Shown: positions 10,501-17,634 of the stretch, in pieces
Numbering within the stretch: the stretch's first letter is position 1
Layout of the letters: each line of letters opens with the position of its first letter
Source of the DNA: Caecitellus pseudoparvulus
Taxonomy: Eukaryota > Protista > Bigyra: Bicosoecida
Assembly (NCBI GenBank): GCA_965644315.1
Contig: CBFFRQ010000089.1
Location: 558,001-622,000, forward strand
DNA length: 64,000 bases
Reading direction: 5' to 3'
Program-made: the position numbers and the translations under genes
Notes under the pieces: generated by a model
The model's input: the letters and a program-made list of their open reading frames with translations, nothing else
The model's database searches: none
Told to the model about the DNA's origin: nothing

Positions 10501-12142
10501 AGCAAAGAACTCCCAGAACTCCAAAAGCAACTAAAAACTGCAGAGATGGGAAGGGGCGCGGAGCCAGGCCGACGATTGCCACCCACGGGGAGTAGTGTGA
10601 GAGAGTTGCCTCATTGGCGTACCCATCCGCCCGCACTGACGGCTGGCCGAAGGCTGCAGGCTGCAGGACCAACGCGGCTGCGGCGGCAGCCCATTGAACC
10701 AAGATGATACATGCTGTGTAGGCAATCGCCCACTTAAAGCGGGCTTTCGGCCTTTGATAGTCCTCCGCCACCGAGAGCGAAACACAGGTCCACGCAGCAA
10801 AGGCCAGCAGCGGCAACATGAGCAGGCAAGGGGTCGTGAGAGCCCATGCCAGGATGCTTGCCACTACAATGCCAACACCTGTCCGCCCAGAGAGTGCCTC
10901 GCTAGCAAAGTCTGCAGTGCCCTGATACACCTGAGAGGCTGCTGCTTTGAACCCGCGCGACATGTCCATGAACTGAGCGTGAAAATCTTCGCTGTGCTCC
11001 TGTGCCTGAGCCATCGCCGCCGCTGCAGCTGACTTGAGCAACACAGCTCGTACAGGAGCTGAAGACGGCAAACTCCGGGGTCGTGCAGTTGGCGTGGCCG
11101 AAGCTGCAGCAGCCGCCCCACTTTCAGCGACCAGACCTTCGGCCTTCGTCCCCATTCGGGGGGAAGGCGTGCCTGGCAGCGCCCGCACCCTGGGCCTCCC
11201 CCGCTTCTTTCTGCGAGACACAACACCTCTACTGGCTTCCTGCTCCAGGCTTGCACAGCAAGTGCAAGCCAGCAGCACGGACACTGTGGTCGCGTAGCTG
11301 ATCCAGGGCGTGTCGGCCAGAGCCGCGGCCGTGTGGGGCAAGCCCAGCATGAGCCCCGTGTCCGCCCATGACGATGGCGCTAGCTGCCAGACACTATGTG
11401 CTGTCGCCAGCAGGTACAGGTAGCCCAGGAGCAGTCGGACCTCGAGGATCTGAGCTGGTTTGGCCCGGCGGCGCCAAAACCAAGCACCCAACAGGACTGA
11501 CCGCCGTGCAGGGTCCGTGGCCCAGCGCATGGCACAGAACGTTCCGTACAGGAACAAAGGCGCTGTGGTTATGCTGGGCAGGAACACAACAGTGGCTATG
11601 GTGGTGAGAATGGTCCCGAATGCTGCCAATACACCGTGTGCGAAGAACTGCCGCCAGCGTTCACGCATCTGCCAGGCTGAGGGCGGTTTGAAGTGGGACA
11701 CCAAGACAGCTGCCGTGAAAATCAGTGCATCAAGTGACGCTGCCGCAACGAGCTGGCCAATGGCCACTGAGTCGCTTGCAGTGGTGTCAGACTTGTCGGA
11801 CAGCAAGGGACCGATCAGCAACGTGAAGAGCCTGCGCGTGGGAAGGCCTCCAGGCAATTCCCGTGCAAGGATTTGCACGATGACTTCGAAGAGCAGGAAG
11901 CCCAGGGATGCCGCCGCTAAGACGTAGAACAGCGCAACCGGTGCCGGGTGTCCCGGCCGGCTGCACGGCTGCGCCAGAGTGGGGGAGTGCAGCAGGGTCG
12001 CCAGGAACCCCAGGCATGCAAGCACGCCCCCGAGGGAGCCTGCCGTGATCAGTGCGCGCAGCAGCAAGAGTAAACGTATGCACCAAATGGATACATGGCC
12101 GGTGCACGCCACTGCGGCAGAAGGGCGAGGCAGCCTCGCCAT
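1592..12142 (-). CDS. PIEZO: Piezo-type mechanosensitive ion channel (about 3516 aa, intronless)
   Basis: Many 4-TM units; PFEW signature VPFLLELRALLDWV; outer helix ILLPLVLFS, cap domain, inner helix GILAMYLTIVLTVGR; C-terminal ARLFHVLLKLLRSPTILLRIT. First in-frame ATG is at 12142 (the ORF track starts at a TTG). Confidence 0.93.
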   Translation of the reverse strand: MARLPRPSAAVACTGHVSIWCIRLLLLLRALITAGSLGGVLACLGFLATLLHSPTLAQPCSRPGHPAPVALFYVLAAASLGFLLFEVIVQILARELPGGLPTRRLFTLLIGPLLSDKSDTTASDSVAIGQLVAAASLDALIFTAAVLVSHFKPPSAWQMRERWRQFFAHGVLAAFGTILTTIATVVFLPSITTAPLFLYGTFCAMRWATDPARRSVLLGAWFWRRRAKPAQILEVRLLLGYLYLLATAHSVWQLAPSSWADTGLMLGLPHTAAALADTPWISYATTVSVLLACTCCASLEQEASRGVVSRRKKRGRPRVRALPGTPSPRMGTKAEGLVAESGAAAAASATPTARPRSLPSSAPVRAVLLKSAAAAAMAQAQEHSEDFHAQFMDMSRGFKAAASQVYQGTADFASEALSGRTGVGIVVASILAWALTTPCLLMLPLLAFAAWTCVSLSVAEDYQRPKARFKWAIAYTACIILVQWAAAAAALVLQPAAFGQPSVRADGYANEATLSHYSPWVAIVGLAPRPFPSLQFLVAFGVLGVLCLFYKLTQVRQKSRSAASQASSSSGGLQSTESLSRPRTESEDSFYSADLTTAKGCSLWLHAFFIWGKGALRLGLTFLRESSYVLVLVVLYVLTLGQVDIIHAVYLLMFVVALASPVYRRRYWRVLVAYTALAVLVTFTWHCVAFQASPSSSRLPSWILANKAVPGNHGPPPLWNNSVASHCLLLALSAVQLAQYEAEQSDEYREHMASLLQKVTWLRHLLLFLASIQLHYGLYAAFIGMLLLVTFPPVDVPSVLTQILGLLVLGVHLAQGTSLRNAGSKDEAFDRLQRLRGGVALLALLQALIFAAQYLFQFPGVKSFVEDQIYKNGWVTVQEAGFSTYDGSTLYIAFLDNVAMLILLLVQLRSIDKALNSNEDDLDRCITRCCRVLCCCCTRSHSPRPPTRQRSVEYVALTDAQLTPAASSDLHPAPLSLQGDSGRVLPSTRSTRRASPKRFEWQRQQQARGLADMHGVAQEATARTEDASDACSSSGSQDDDHAACSARSCHSCCSAFALAAQYMYTAVYRHTLKAMFYHSGKVTLAAAFVAAAWQPTAWGAVCLLMAMFCTVTMVYRTDRSTWHCLERLPCLSRDSVCCRWCQRTCPTLAVLCGIRHHRHDAITTRLVHFQHTLSVHGDLQVSVEEVSPHTVLDVAAVEDASAAHAEVQGRLQMLHYESRQRSDQRRLMRRAGVSEAEVEATVPSSDSSLSEAQAALYAEAEALVTKMRAANLPRRPYRDVWAPFAVWAALGATVRYIFQFSFARSGRVVPAANLATAAALGLPSLPRADVNGTLAPFPTDLESAAGMAFLHSMWSSVVGPPLLLLLAAAIQRISHDFEADVLRWEAAESDGQESNGLSLAIQIENIVGLSHKWLSVAGGLLKEAPAASSPGLQAAAVQTPATEGHSLRFTGNRHAALGHRSIVMRLELGPTAIEKLAPRGMETQLHRQDDASIAADIEAQGIPSAVPQPEPGVEMVHSGDEQPHMPVRRPALASSSTAGVAQQPAESAEERALAARAKVTCCMGTAKVLRLYSASILHCATCVALVLAALLHLDAFSLVYMVCFAIIQAPWWPLRILRTAVWHALVLTTCAITAMHYLGAVAWPSVIKGRLSQSWPWSSGGEWEYYFGSGSAVVGWTVLADCAVLLFASLTKKQWVHSQRRLKLHAAFLGRWSSSSGACCGVGESEFQRRAMSRHLSDLYPTYRRRVTEFSPQRRASAQGYTDGWLQCYRATLLLIVLRRWRTAVVREQLTARVYAEKLAAELLKVLPRGADLPRSAGEAAAVPTGLGGEEVVPPPPTADLPLLRVDSDEGTDLKAPLPLDVLAEVVDRVHAGAALRQLTGQCPDIELDSSDGLASAWDAAQYFVARYSIYAVLLCLFLIVTLQEHQDLIHAGYLAFNLWFLYRPSKLMQHGNVYLRWLRLYNFVVILAQVLYQMPIFEPPPHACVGRGTCFSWQIMLGLQKLRVVSVPGAADCISFGSMHASTADNRHCPSPFNWSNGLMPSLIVMVLGMWQSFVFDSSAYKCVLAHVEREVKLAGIRAEVEELLEVSWRSHAKEKAARVAVKRKERLRNLVARVTKWENMLAGEDVGVAVDPDGRPLWPPPPPRDVRVELLSPTEVRVSWKPPVGYDSDEEGGHDAQRLKYCVAVERQGKVLFGDFKRSPWTRPGAGFVELRGMLPLFAYEIKVVARSSAGAGAFCDSIVFCLPSKESSEEAFPVTVSATHAFPGAWEGAGQAAVAVEIQGEGDEGVDGAGRDSTQGSGEGADSVGELPVRPPGHVPLSRRSTSGRRLIRASQGSFGGVSPSHSSSWSEQSPLSTSPKRAETPAPRAVPTRLTVASKAELLSLLQQRVDPLVEYPADCRMGDARRDASDFTLQNATPLPPKMTVREAVAASPTVGGALGCVVDMDWPRREEGLEPEDESADPACCCVACDSCLSGTGSSVASIYTFLHWVLEAVADWALGRLGPAVDRTLFLRPIGRFRHNLRAIGLVDWRLDTATSMEDMLALRLRWKCMFAVHLAILGVLSNTGTIVGLAICINTLVYASALSVSVMLAYLLCIGWQYPRPHALAWDILIIYMLLVFAIKFVAQLPAFCLQLHATSSGFYWHWAAFASCEGSGLPDFKSAQQFVQPTDIVGVSKLGAAYGGPGFFAGVLWDFILIGALLLHKAVLKIKGLWLVQRGTLGTAAHVHILAAHIEGNNASDAGGASSDSSGDSMDDRDATGSFFSGAESDETDTALAIQTYPSERESAKASLQEPLLPGAETKHQAGEAGSPGYCCCCSCACCSPEAQQHQATMKHSHDEVDDASCACCASCAGESKACLTGYAAAVLDPDALDPPKPGRDLYLWTFIVQFITLIFVMVAFNQISDAGGAGGISQELAYNQLSPSMVVAVLGIVVWMVVERLGFLLRSLMIKVILQVALVLSLHVVFFFTDPLTKNVPLSGNPASLFAYLLLLSYFLLGCLQIYWGYGRHPPQNSIFDASRAHKHVFPFNIFVTIFLSVPFLLELRALLDWVSTRTSLDVFQWLRLHNVETLLLENQTKAAHRKHYSEYVRGQEPRAFCCEKCCSGVVLFLALTSVILLPLVLFSGLNPTLQKNFVEGATVQVSLKGPGNTYTLFSSSQVQFLQKASSLGGYWARVVDSNSRAGVRNAVTPAQRKDAQLLTLYPFSASEWTVNPPTVSNLLGVLSGCSNQTLNATLQIEYTFTRPAPVDNAEATSTSSTQLTAEHCGELLNTVQAAFSAPEYAWQVPFKSNMTLISDTYPMVLRLPGASDPFPISTNHRTLGLRLFRDTSLSPRAGLNPSLGNVCAAQVAAGSGGMPTACRAAQPKPAALGVSLWWAVTNEDGQVVDPSSGLMPPRAGADVSGLGLQFSLVSDELPPQIITQALGASGILAMYLTIVLTVGRMARTSLAPRVEDAIYSDMPQCDALQELVEGVAVSRTESYPGHLRDEARLFHVLLKLLRSPTILLRITADPDEE

Positions 12143-12485
12143 GCCTCGATTGCGGAGTTTGAGCAAGGGGGGAGCAGCCGGCCCCAGGGCACAGGCAATG
12201 GGCCTGCGCAGGTGGCGGGGCAACGATGCGGTGTGATAGTACTTTCACACGATCTGGTCCACGTTCCCTTGGGGTCGGGGTTTTGTGCCAAGCCGTGCCG
12301 TGCGTGGGTGTCGCAGAGCGCAGGAGTCTACCTGATCGACGGTCTGGAGGAAATGGAATCAACAGTTGGACACACCGCCCCAAACCAAAAACTGCACGGA
12401 AATTCTCCGCATGGCATATGTTTGCTGTTTAGAGTGCAGCGCTGCGCGACTAGAACGCACTTGACCGAGGAGGCGCCTTGCAGAG

Positions 12486-15400
12486 ATGGAGTTGGACGAC
12501 CTGTTTGGCTCTGTGAATGCCACGGCGCTGCCAGCGTCAACACCTGGTGGGGGGAAGAAGCGACCCCGATCAAAGGAAGCTACAGCAGACTTGGCCACCA
12601 CTCCTGCTGCGGCTGCGAAGATTCCTCGTCAGGACGGGGAGCAAGTCGACAAGTCCACAAGCCGAACAGAAGCAATTTCCGCAGGGGCCGCTCCGGCGCT
12701 GGAGAACCCTGACGGGGCAGGAGAACATGATGCCGCAGGTGGTGGTGATGCTGCGGAAAAGACACTGGGTCCGATGTCCAAGGCCACCGTGACAGCAGTG
12801 TCTCGCCCAGGGGGGGACAGCTCCAACCCGGCGGCGGCTGCTGGGGCTGGTGCTGGCGGCGAGGCGCAAGGCGGACCCCACACAGAGGAGGAGGCTGGCG
12901 GCTCCCAGCGCCCTCCTGCGAAGACGTACCCCTTCACACTGGACCCATTTCAAGCGCAAAGTATTGCTGCGCTGGAGGCAAATGAGTCTGTGCTGGTGTC
13001 CGCCCACACTAGTGCCGGCAAGACGGTGGTGGCGGAGTATGCCATCGCCATGGCGCTGCGGGACAAGCAGCGTGTGATCTACACATCCCCCATCAAAGCC
13101 TTGTCAAATCAAAAGTACAGAGATCTGTATGAAGAGTTCTCAGACGTGGGCCTCATGACTGGCGACGTGACTATCAACCCACACGCGTCCTGCCTTGTGA
13201 TGACCACGGAGATCTTGCGGTCCATGCTGTACCGCGGTAGCGAAGTGGTGAGGGAAGTGAAGTGGGTGGTATACGATGAGATCCATTACATGCGGGACAA
13301 GGAGCGTGGCGTGGTGTGGGAGGAGAGCATTGTCATGCTGCCCAACACAGTGCGCTTCGTGTTCCTCTCAGCCACCATCCCCAACGCCAGCGAGTTTGCG
13401 GACTGGATCGCGAGCGTGAAGCACCAGACATGCCACGTGGTGCACACAGAGTACCGCCCGACCCCGCTGGAGCACTACCTCTTCCCCTCTGGTGGCGATG
13501 GTGTCTTCATGGTGGTGGACAACAAGGGCAAATTCTTAGAGGGCAACTTCGCCAAGGCAATGGCATTGCTGACGGAGGGGGACGATGACCCAGTCGCGTC
13601 GGCGCTGATGGAGAGCAAGGGCAAGAAGAAGGGCAAGAAGAAGGGCGCTTCATCAGCGGGGCAGAGCGACCTCTTCCGCGTCGTGAAGATGATCATGGAG
13701 CGCAAGTATGACCCAGTCATCATCTTCTCCTTCTCCAAGCGGGAGTGCGAGTCGTATGCCATGCAGCTGTCCAAGTTGGACTTCACTACTGACGAAGAGA
13801 AGGCCCTCATCGAGCAGGTATTCTCGAACGCCATCGCATCCCTCAGCGAAGACGACCGCACACTGCCCCAGGTGCACGCTATCCTCCCCCTGCTCAAGCG
13901 TGGTATCGGCATTCACCATGGTGGCCTGCTGCCTATCCTCAAAGAAGTCATTGAGATCTTGTTTGGAGAAAGTCTGGTCAAAGTGCTGCTTGCAACTGAG
14001 ACTTTCGCCATGGGCATCAACATGCCGGCTAAGACCGTCATCTTCACGGCGCTGCGCAAGTTCGACGGCGAACAAACGCGTCTCGTCTCAGCGGGCGAGT
14101 ACATCCAGATGTCTGGGCGTGCTGGGCGGCGTGGCTTGGATACACGCGGCCTGGTCATCCAAATGATCGGTGAGAAGATGGACACAGCACAAGCCAAGAG
14201 CCTCCTGCTCGGCAAGGCAGACCCCCTGAACTCATCCTTTCACCTGGGGTACAACATGCTCCTGAACCTCATGCGTGTGGAAGATGCAGACCCGCAGCGC
14301 ATTATGACCAAGTCCTTCCACCAGTTCCAGTCCGAACGAGCAGCCCCGGAGATCGAGGCAAAGATCGCCGATCTCACTGCCCAGGCGGCACAGGAGAGCG
14401 GCATCCCTCCTGAGCATGCTGAAGCTGTGGCTGAGTACTTCACCATGGGGCAGCAACTGGACACCATGGCACAGCAGCTGCGCACACTGGTCATTCAGCC
14501 CAAGCATGTTGCGCGTTTCCTGGCCCCAGGCAGGCTTGTGCGCGTGCAGGATGGCGAAGTGGATTGGGGCTGGGGTATCTTCGTCAGCCACTCCGTAGTG
14601 CTGGGGCGCCGCCGCAAACCCCACCCCACAGCCGCAGAGATGGCCACTGCGTCAGCTGCAGACGTCATTTTAGACCTGCTGCTTCTGTGTGACGCCCGTG
14701 GGGATGTGTCATCAGGCGGAGCGGCAGCCGCGAACCGCAAGGCCAAGCCTGAGCCGTGCCCGCCTGCTGTCGCCGCACGAGGCGGCGGGGACATGCGCGT
14801 GGTCCCTGTGCAGCTGACCGCAGTGCATGGCCTGTCCAGTGTGCGCCTGATCTTGCCACGTGACATCCGCCCGCCGCGCGTGAGAAAGGAGCTGCAAGCC
14901 AAGCTGGGCCAGGCCATGAAGCGCTTCAGCCACGAACCCCCCATGCTGGACCCTGTCGCAGACATGCACATCTCAGAGGGCGGCGTGGCGGATCTCGTGG
15001 CGGGCATTGCCTCCTTGACCGCTGAGCGGGCCATCACACCCCTCGCCAAGATGACGGCCACCCAACGTCACAACCTACTGCAGGTGCACGAAGACAACCT
15101 GGAGCGAGCTGGCGAGATCAAGTACCTGAAGAAGGTGCTGGCGGACACTCGCAGTCTGGTGATGAAGGACACACTCAAACGCATGCAGCGCGTGCTGCGA
15201 CGCTTGGGCCACACAGACGCGGCAGGAGTTGTGCAGGTCAAGGGCCGCGTTGCCGCCGGAATCAACACCGCAGACGAGTTGGTGGTCACAGAACTCGTTT
15301 TCAACGGAGCCTTCAACGACCTGGACGCCGCGCAGACGGCGGCCCTCCTGTCTTGCCTCGTCTACACTGAGCACGGAGATGTCGCAGATTCATCCCTGCC

Positions 15401-15755
15401 GGACACGCTGTCTGGCCCCCTGACCACCTTGCGGGAGACGGCACGCCGCGTGGCCACGGTGTCCGCAGATGCCAAGCTGGAAGTGGACGTGGAGGAGTAC
15501 GTGGAGCACTTCAAATGTGACATGATGGAGGTCGTGTACGCGTGGACCAAGGGCAGCAAGTTCGCCGACATCTGTGCGCTGACCAAGGTGTTCGAGGGCT
15601 CTGTCATCCGGGTTATCCGCCGCCTGGAAGAGTTGTTGCGGCAGCTGGCAGACGCAAGCAAGAGCGTTGGTGAGCTCACCCTACACGACAAGTTCCTGGC
15701 CGCTGCGAAAGCTATCCGACGTGACATCATCTTTGCGGCCTCGCTGTATTTGTAG
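12486..15755 (+). CDS. MTR4: Ski2-like exosome RNA helicase MTR4
   Basis: YPFTLDPFQ, AHTSAGKT, DEIHYMRD, FLSATIPN, YRPTPL, QMSGRAGRRG, arch/KOW insertion, DSHCT domain ending RRDIIFAASLYL. Confidence 0.96.
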   Translation: MELDDLFGSVNATALPASTPGGGKKRPRSKEATADLATTPAAAAKIPRQDGEQVDKSTSRTEAISAGAAPALENPDGAGEHDAAGGGDAAEKTLGPMSKATVTAVSRPGGDSSNPAAAAGAGAGGEAQGGPHTEEEAGGSQRPPAKTYPFTLDPFQAQSIAALEANESVLVSAHTSAGKTVVAEYAIAMALRDKQRVIYTSPIKALSNQKYRDLYEEFSDVGLMTGDVTINPHASCLVMTTEILRSMLYRGSEVVREVKWVVYDEIHYMRDKERGVVWEESIVMLPNTVRFVFLSATIPNASEFADWIASVKHQTCHVVHTEYRPTPLEHYLFPSGGDGVFMVVDNKGKFLEGNFAKAMALLTEGDDDPVASALMESKGKKKGKKKGASSAGQSDLFRVVKMIMERKYDPVIIFSFSKRECESYAMQLSKLDFTTDEEKALIEQVFSNAIASLSEDDRTLPQVHAILPLLKRGIGIHHGGLLPILKEVIEILFGESLVKVLLATETFAMGINMPAKTVIFTALRKFDGEQTRLVSAGEYIQMSGRAGRRGLDTRGLVIQMIGEKMDTAQAKSLLLGKADPLNSSFHLGYNMLLNLMRVEDADPQRIMTKSFHQFQSERAAPEIEAKIADLTAQAAQESGIPPEHAEAVAEYFTMGQQLDTMAQQLRTLVIQPKHVARFLAPGRLVRVQDGEVDWGWGIFVSHSVVLGRRRKPHPTAAEMATASAADVILDLLLLCDARGDVSSGGAAAANRKAKPEPCPPAVAARGGGDMRVVPVQLTAVHGLSSVRLILPRDIRPPRVRKELQAKLGQAMKRFSHEPPMLDPVADMHISEGGVADLVAGIASLTAERAITPLAKMTATQRHNLLQVHEDNLERAGEIKYLKKVLADTRSLVMKDTLKRMQRVLRRLGHTDAAGVVQVKGRVAAGINTADELVVTELVFNGAFNDLDAAQTAALLSCLVYTEHGDVADSSLPDTLSGPLTTLRETARRVATVSADAKLEVDVEEYVEHFKCDMMEVVYAWTKGSKFADICALTKVFEGSVIRVIRRLEELLRQLADASKSVGELTLHDKFLAAAKAIRRDIIFAASLYL

Positions 15756-15770
15756 GCAATGCACAGGTGC

Positions 15771-16491
15771 TCAGCGTCCCCCATTCGGCATGCCGAGGCT
15801 GCCGGGGGTGGCAGCATGTCCCTTGATGTGCTTCAGCACACTGCGGAAGGACGGGTGAGTCGCACCACCCATCAAGCTGAACATGACCGACTCAACAGTG
15901 GTCAGGTATGCCCCACTTTGAGCCATGCGCTGCAAGGGTGCGAAGAGAGGGTGCAGGGTCACCTCGGCGTGGTGCGGAAATTGCACCGCCGCCACTCACA
16001 TGCAACGCTCCATCTCGATCTGTCTGTCGCTGCGACGACACCGCATCCACGACCACGTGCACGTCAATGCCTTGTTCCATGAGGTCCAGTGCTGTCTGCT
16101 GCACACAGACGTGTGCTTCTATCCCCGTCAACACGACAGACCTCAACGCTGCCCCGCCTGCGGCCTCGATCACACTCTCAGACACCATGGAGAAGTCCGT
16201 CTTCTCAATCACAGGGCAAGCTGACCCAGCCACGCTCAGAATTTCGTCAACTGTATTGCCAAATGTCCTTGGTACTTGCTCAGTGATGACTGCTGGGCGC
16301 ATGCCCATGTCTCGGGTGGCGTTGATCAGGGTGTTGGTGTTGGCAACAAGCGAAGGAAACTCATGAATCAGGGGTGCAAACACCTTCTGGATGTCACACA
16401 CAAACAGAGCTGTGCTGTCTACTTGCAGCTTGCCGATGCCCTGCTTGGCGCTCCCAAGGGCCGCTGCTCTGGCACTGGCGCGTGAAAGCAT
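15771..16491 (-). CDS. Isochorismatase-domain protein (ISOC1/2-like), 1 intron
   Basis: ALFVCDIQ, TEQVP, IEKTDFSM, VLTGIEAHVCVQQTALDL. Intron 15930-15999 restores RMAQSGAYLTTVESVMFSL. N-terminus MLSRASARAA resembles a mitochondrial presequence. Confidence 0.9.
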
Positions 16492-16713
16492 GCCGACTGG
16501 TGTTGGGCGCCCGTCGCACACTGAGGAGGAGCCAGGCTTTGCAGAGAGCCACACAATTCAGCTTGAGATTGAATGTGCAACTACGTTCTCGGGTGCATTG
16601 AGGAGTTTTCATTTGCAAGCGTGTGTTGACTGCGGCTGAGAGCTGACCAAGCGCAACGTGATTGGCGGCTACACACTCTGAGGCTGTCCGGCGCGCGCCT
16701 CGCACAGCCAAGA

Positions 16714-17301
16714 TCACCCGCGGCCCTGCTGAAATAGGAACAGTGCAGCTGATAGCAGAAGCGCTGCTCCACTGACAAGCGTCCCAGCTGCACCACAGGC
16801 GATGCGAGAAGTTCGCCAGTCATCCTCGTTGGTGGCCCAGCGACCGCAGGCGCTGGCAGTGCAATAACTCTTCCAATACTCAGCATAGTCAAGGCAATAT
16901 CCAGTGCGGCGGCAGAGGTAGGTGTTGGGATTCCGGCACTTGAATGTGAAGTACCCGGCTCGCTTCAGCTTCTGGCAGTCACACGGTGGGTCCGCCGACG
17001 CTTGCTGCCGGTCCACCCGCGCCGCGAACTCTTGGCAAGGACCCTTGCAAGTCGCTTCGAAAATGTCATGCTCAGATGGTGGCCCGAACCGCATGGACGC
17101 CAGCTTCCTCATCGCTTCGTCACACCTTGCCTCCGCTTCCAGCAGGCCATTGCTCAACTCGTAGTCCAAACTAACCATGTAGTTGGAGACGTCACACCCA
17201 CCCGTGTCTGCTGTGAGGAAGGGCTCTGTGGTGTTCTGGCCCCTCACACGCATGTTGCTGGCACTGAGCAGCAAGATGCAGGCAATGCTGAGAAGCCTCA
17301 T
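16714..17301 (-). CDS. Small secreted Cys-rich protein, probably GPI-anchored (195 aa)
   Basis: Signal-peptide-like MRLLSIACILLLSA, Cys-rich body, C-terminal small residues plus hydrophobic tail (GAAGTLVSGAALLLSAALFLF). Confidence 0.75.
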   Translation of the reverse strand: MRLLSIACILLLSASNMRVRGQNTTEPFLTADTGGCDVSNYMVSLDYELSNGLLEAEARCDEAMRKLASMRFGPPSEHDIFEATCKGPCQEFAARVDRQQASADPPCDCQKLKRAGYFTFKCRNPNTYLCRRTGYCLDYAEYWKSYCTASACGRWATNEDDWRTSRIACGAAGTLVSGAALLLSAALFLFQQGRG

Positions 17302-17634
17302 GCTTCTGAAACGCTCACGCAACGCAGCGCTTGCCCCAACCTTGATAGAGGGTGAGAAGAGCCGCAAAACCAGTTCAGCACGGGTGCAGACGAATGCCCT
17401 CAGCGATCAGAACTGTGCGACCTCCCCCCAGCCAAAGCACTACAGTCTCGTGGTGCTGGTCTGCAGTGGCTGGCACTCGGACGGCGCTTTCTTCACTTAG
17501 GAACTTAACCGGGAGGATTCCTGCACGCCCAGAAGCGAAGAAGTGGTGTGTGAATCCCTAAAAGAGGTCTATGATCCAAACGAACCTGTGTGATGATGCA
17601 AGTGGCAGAGTATGCATTCTCCATTTTGCTATTG

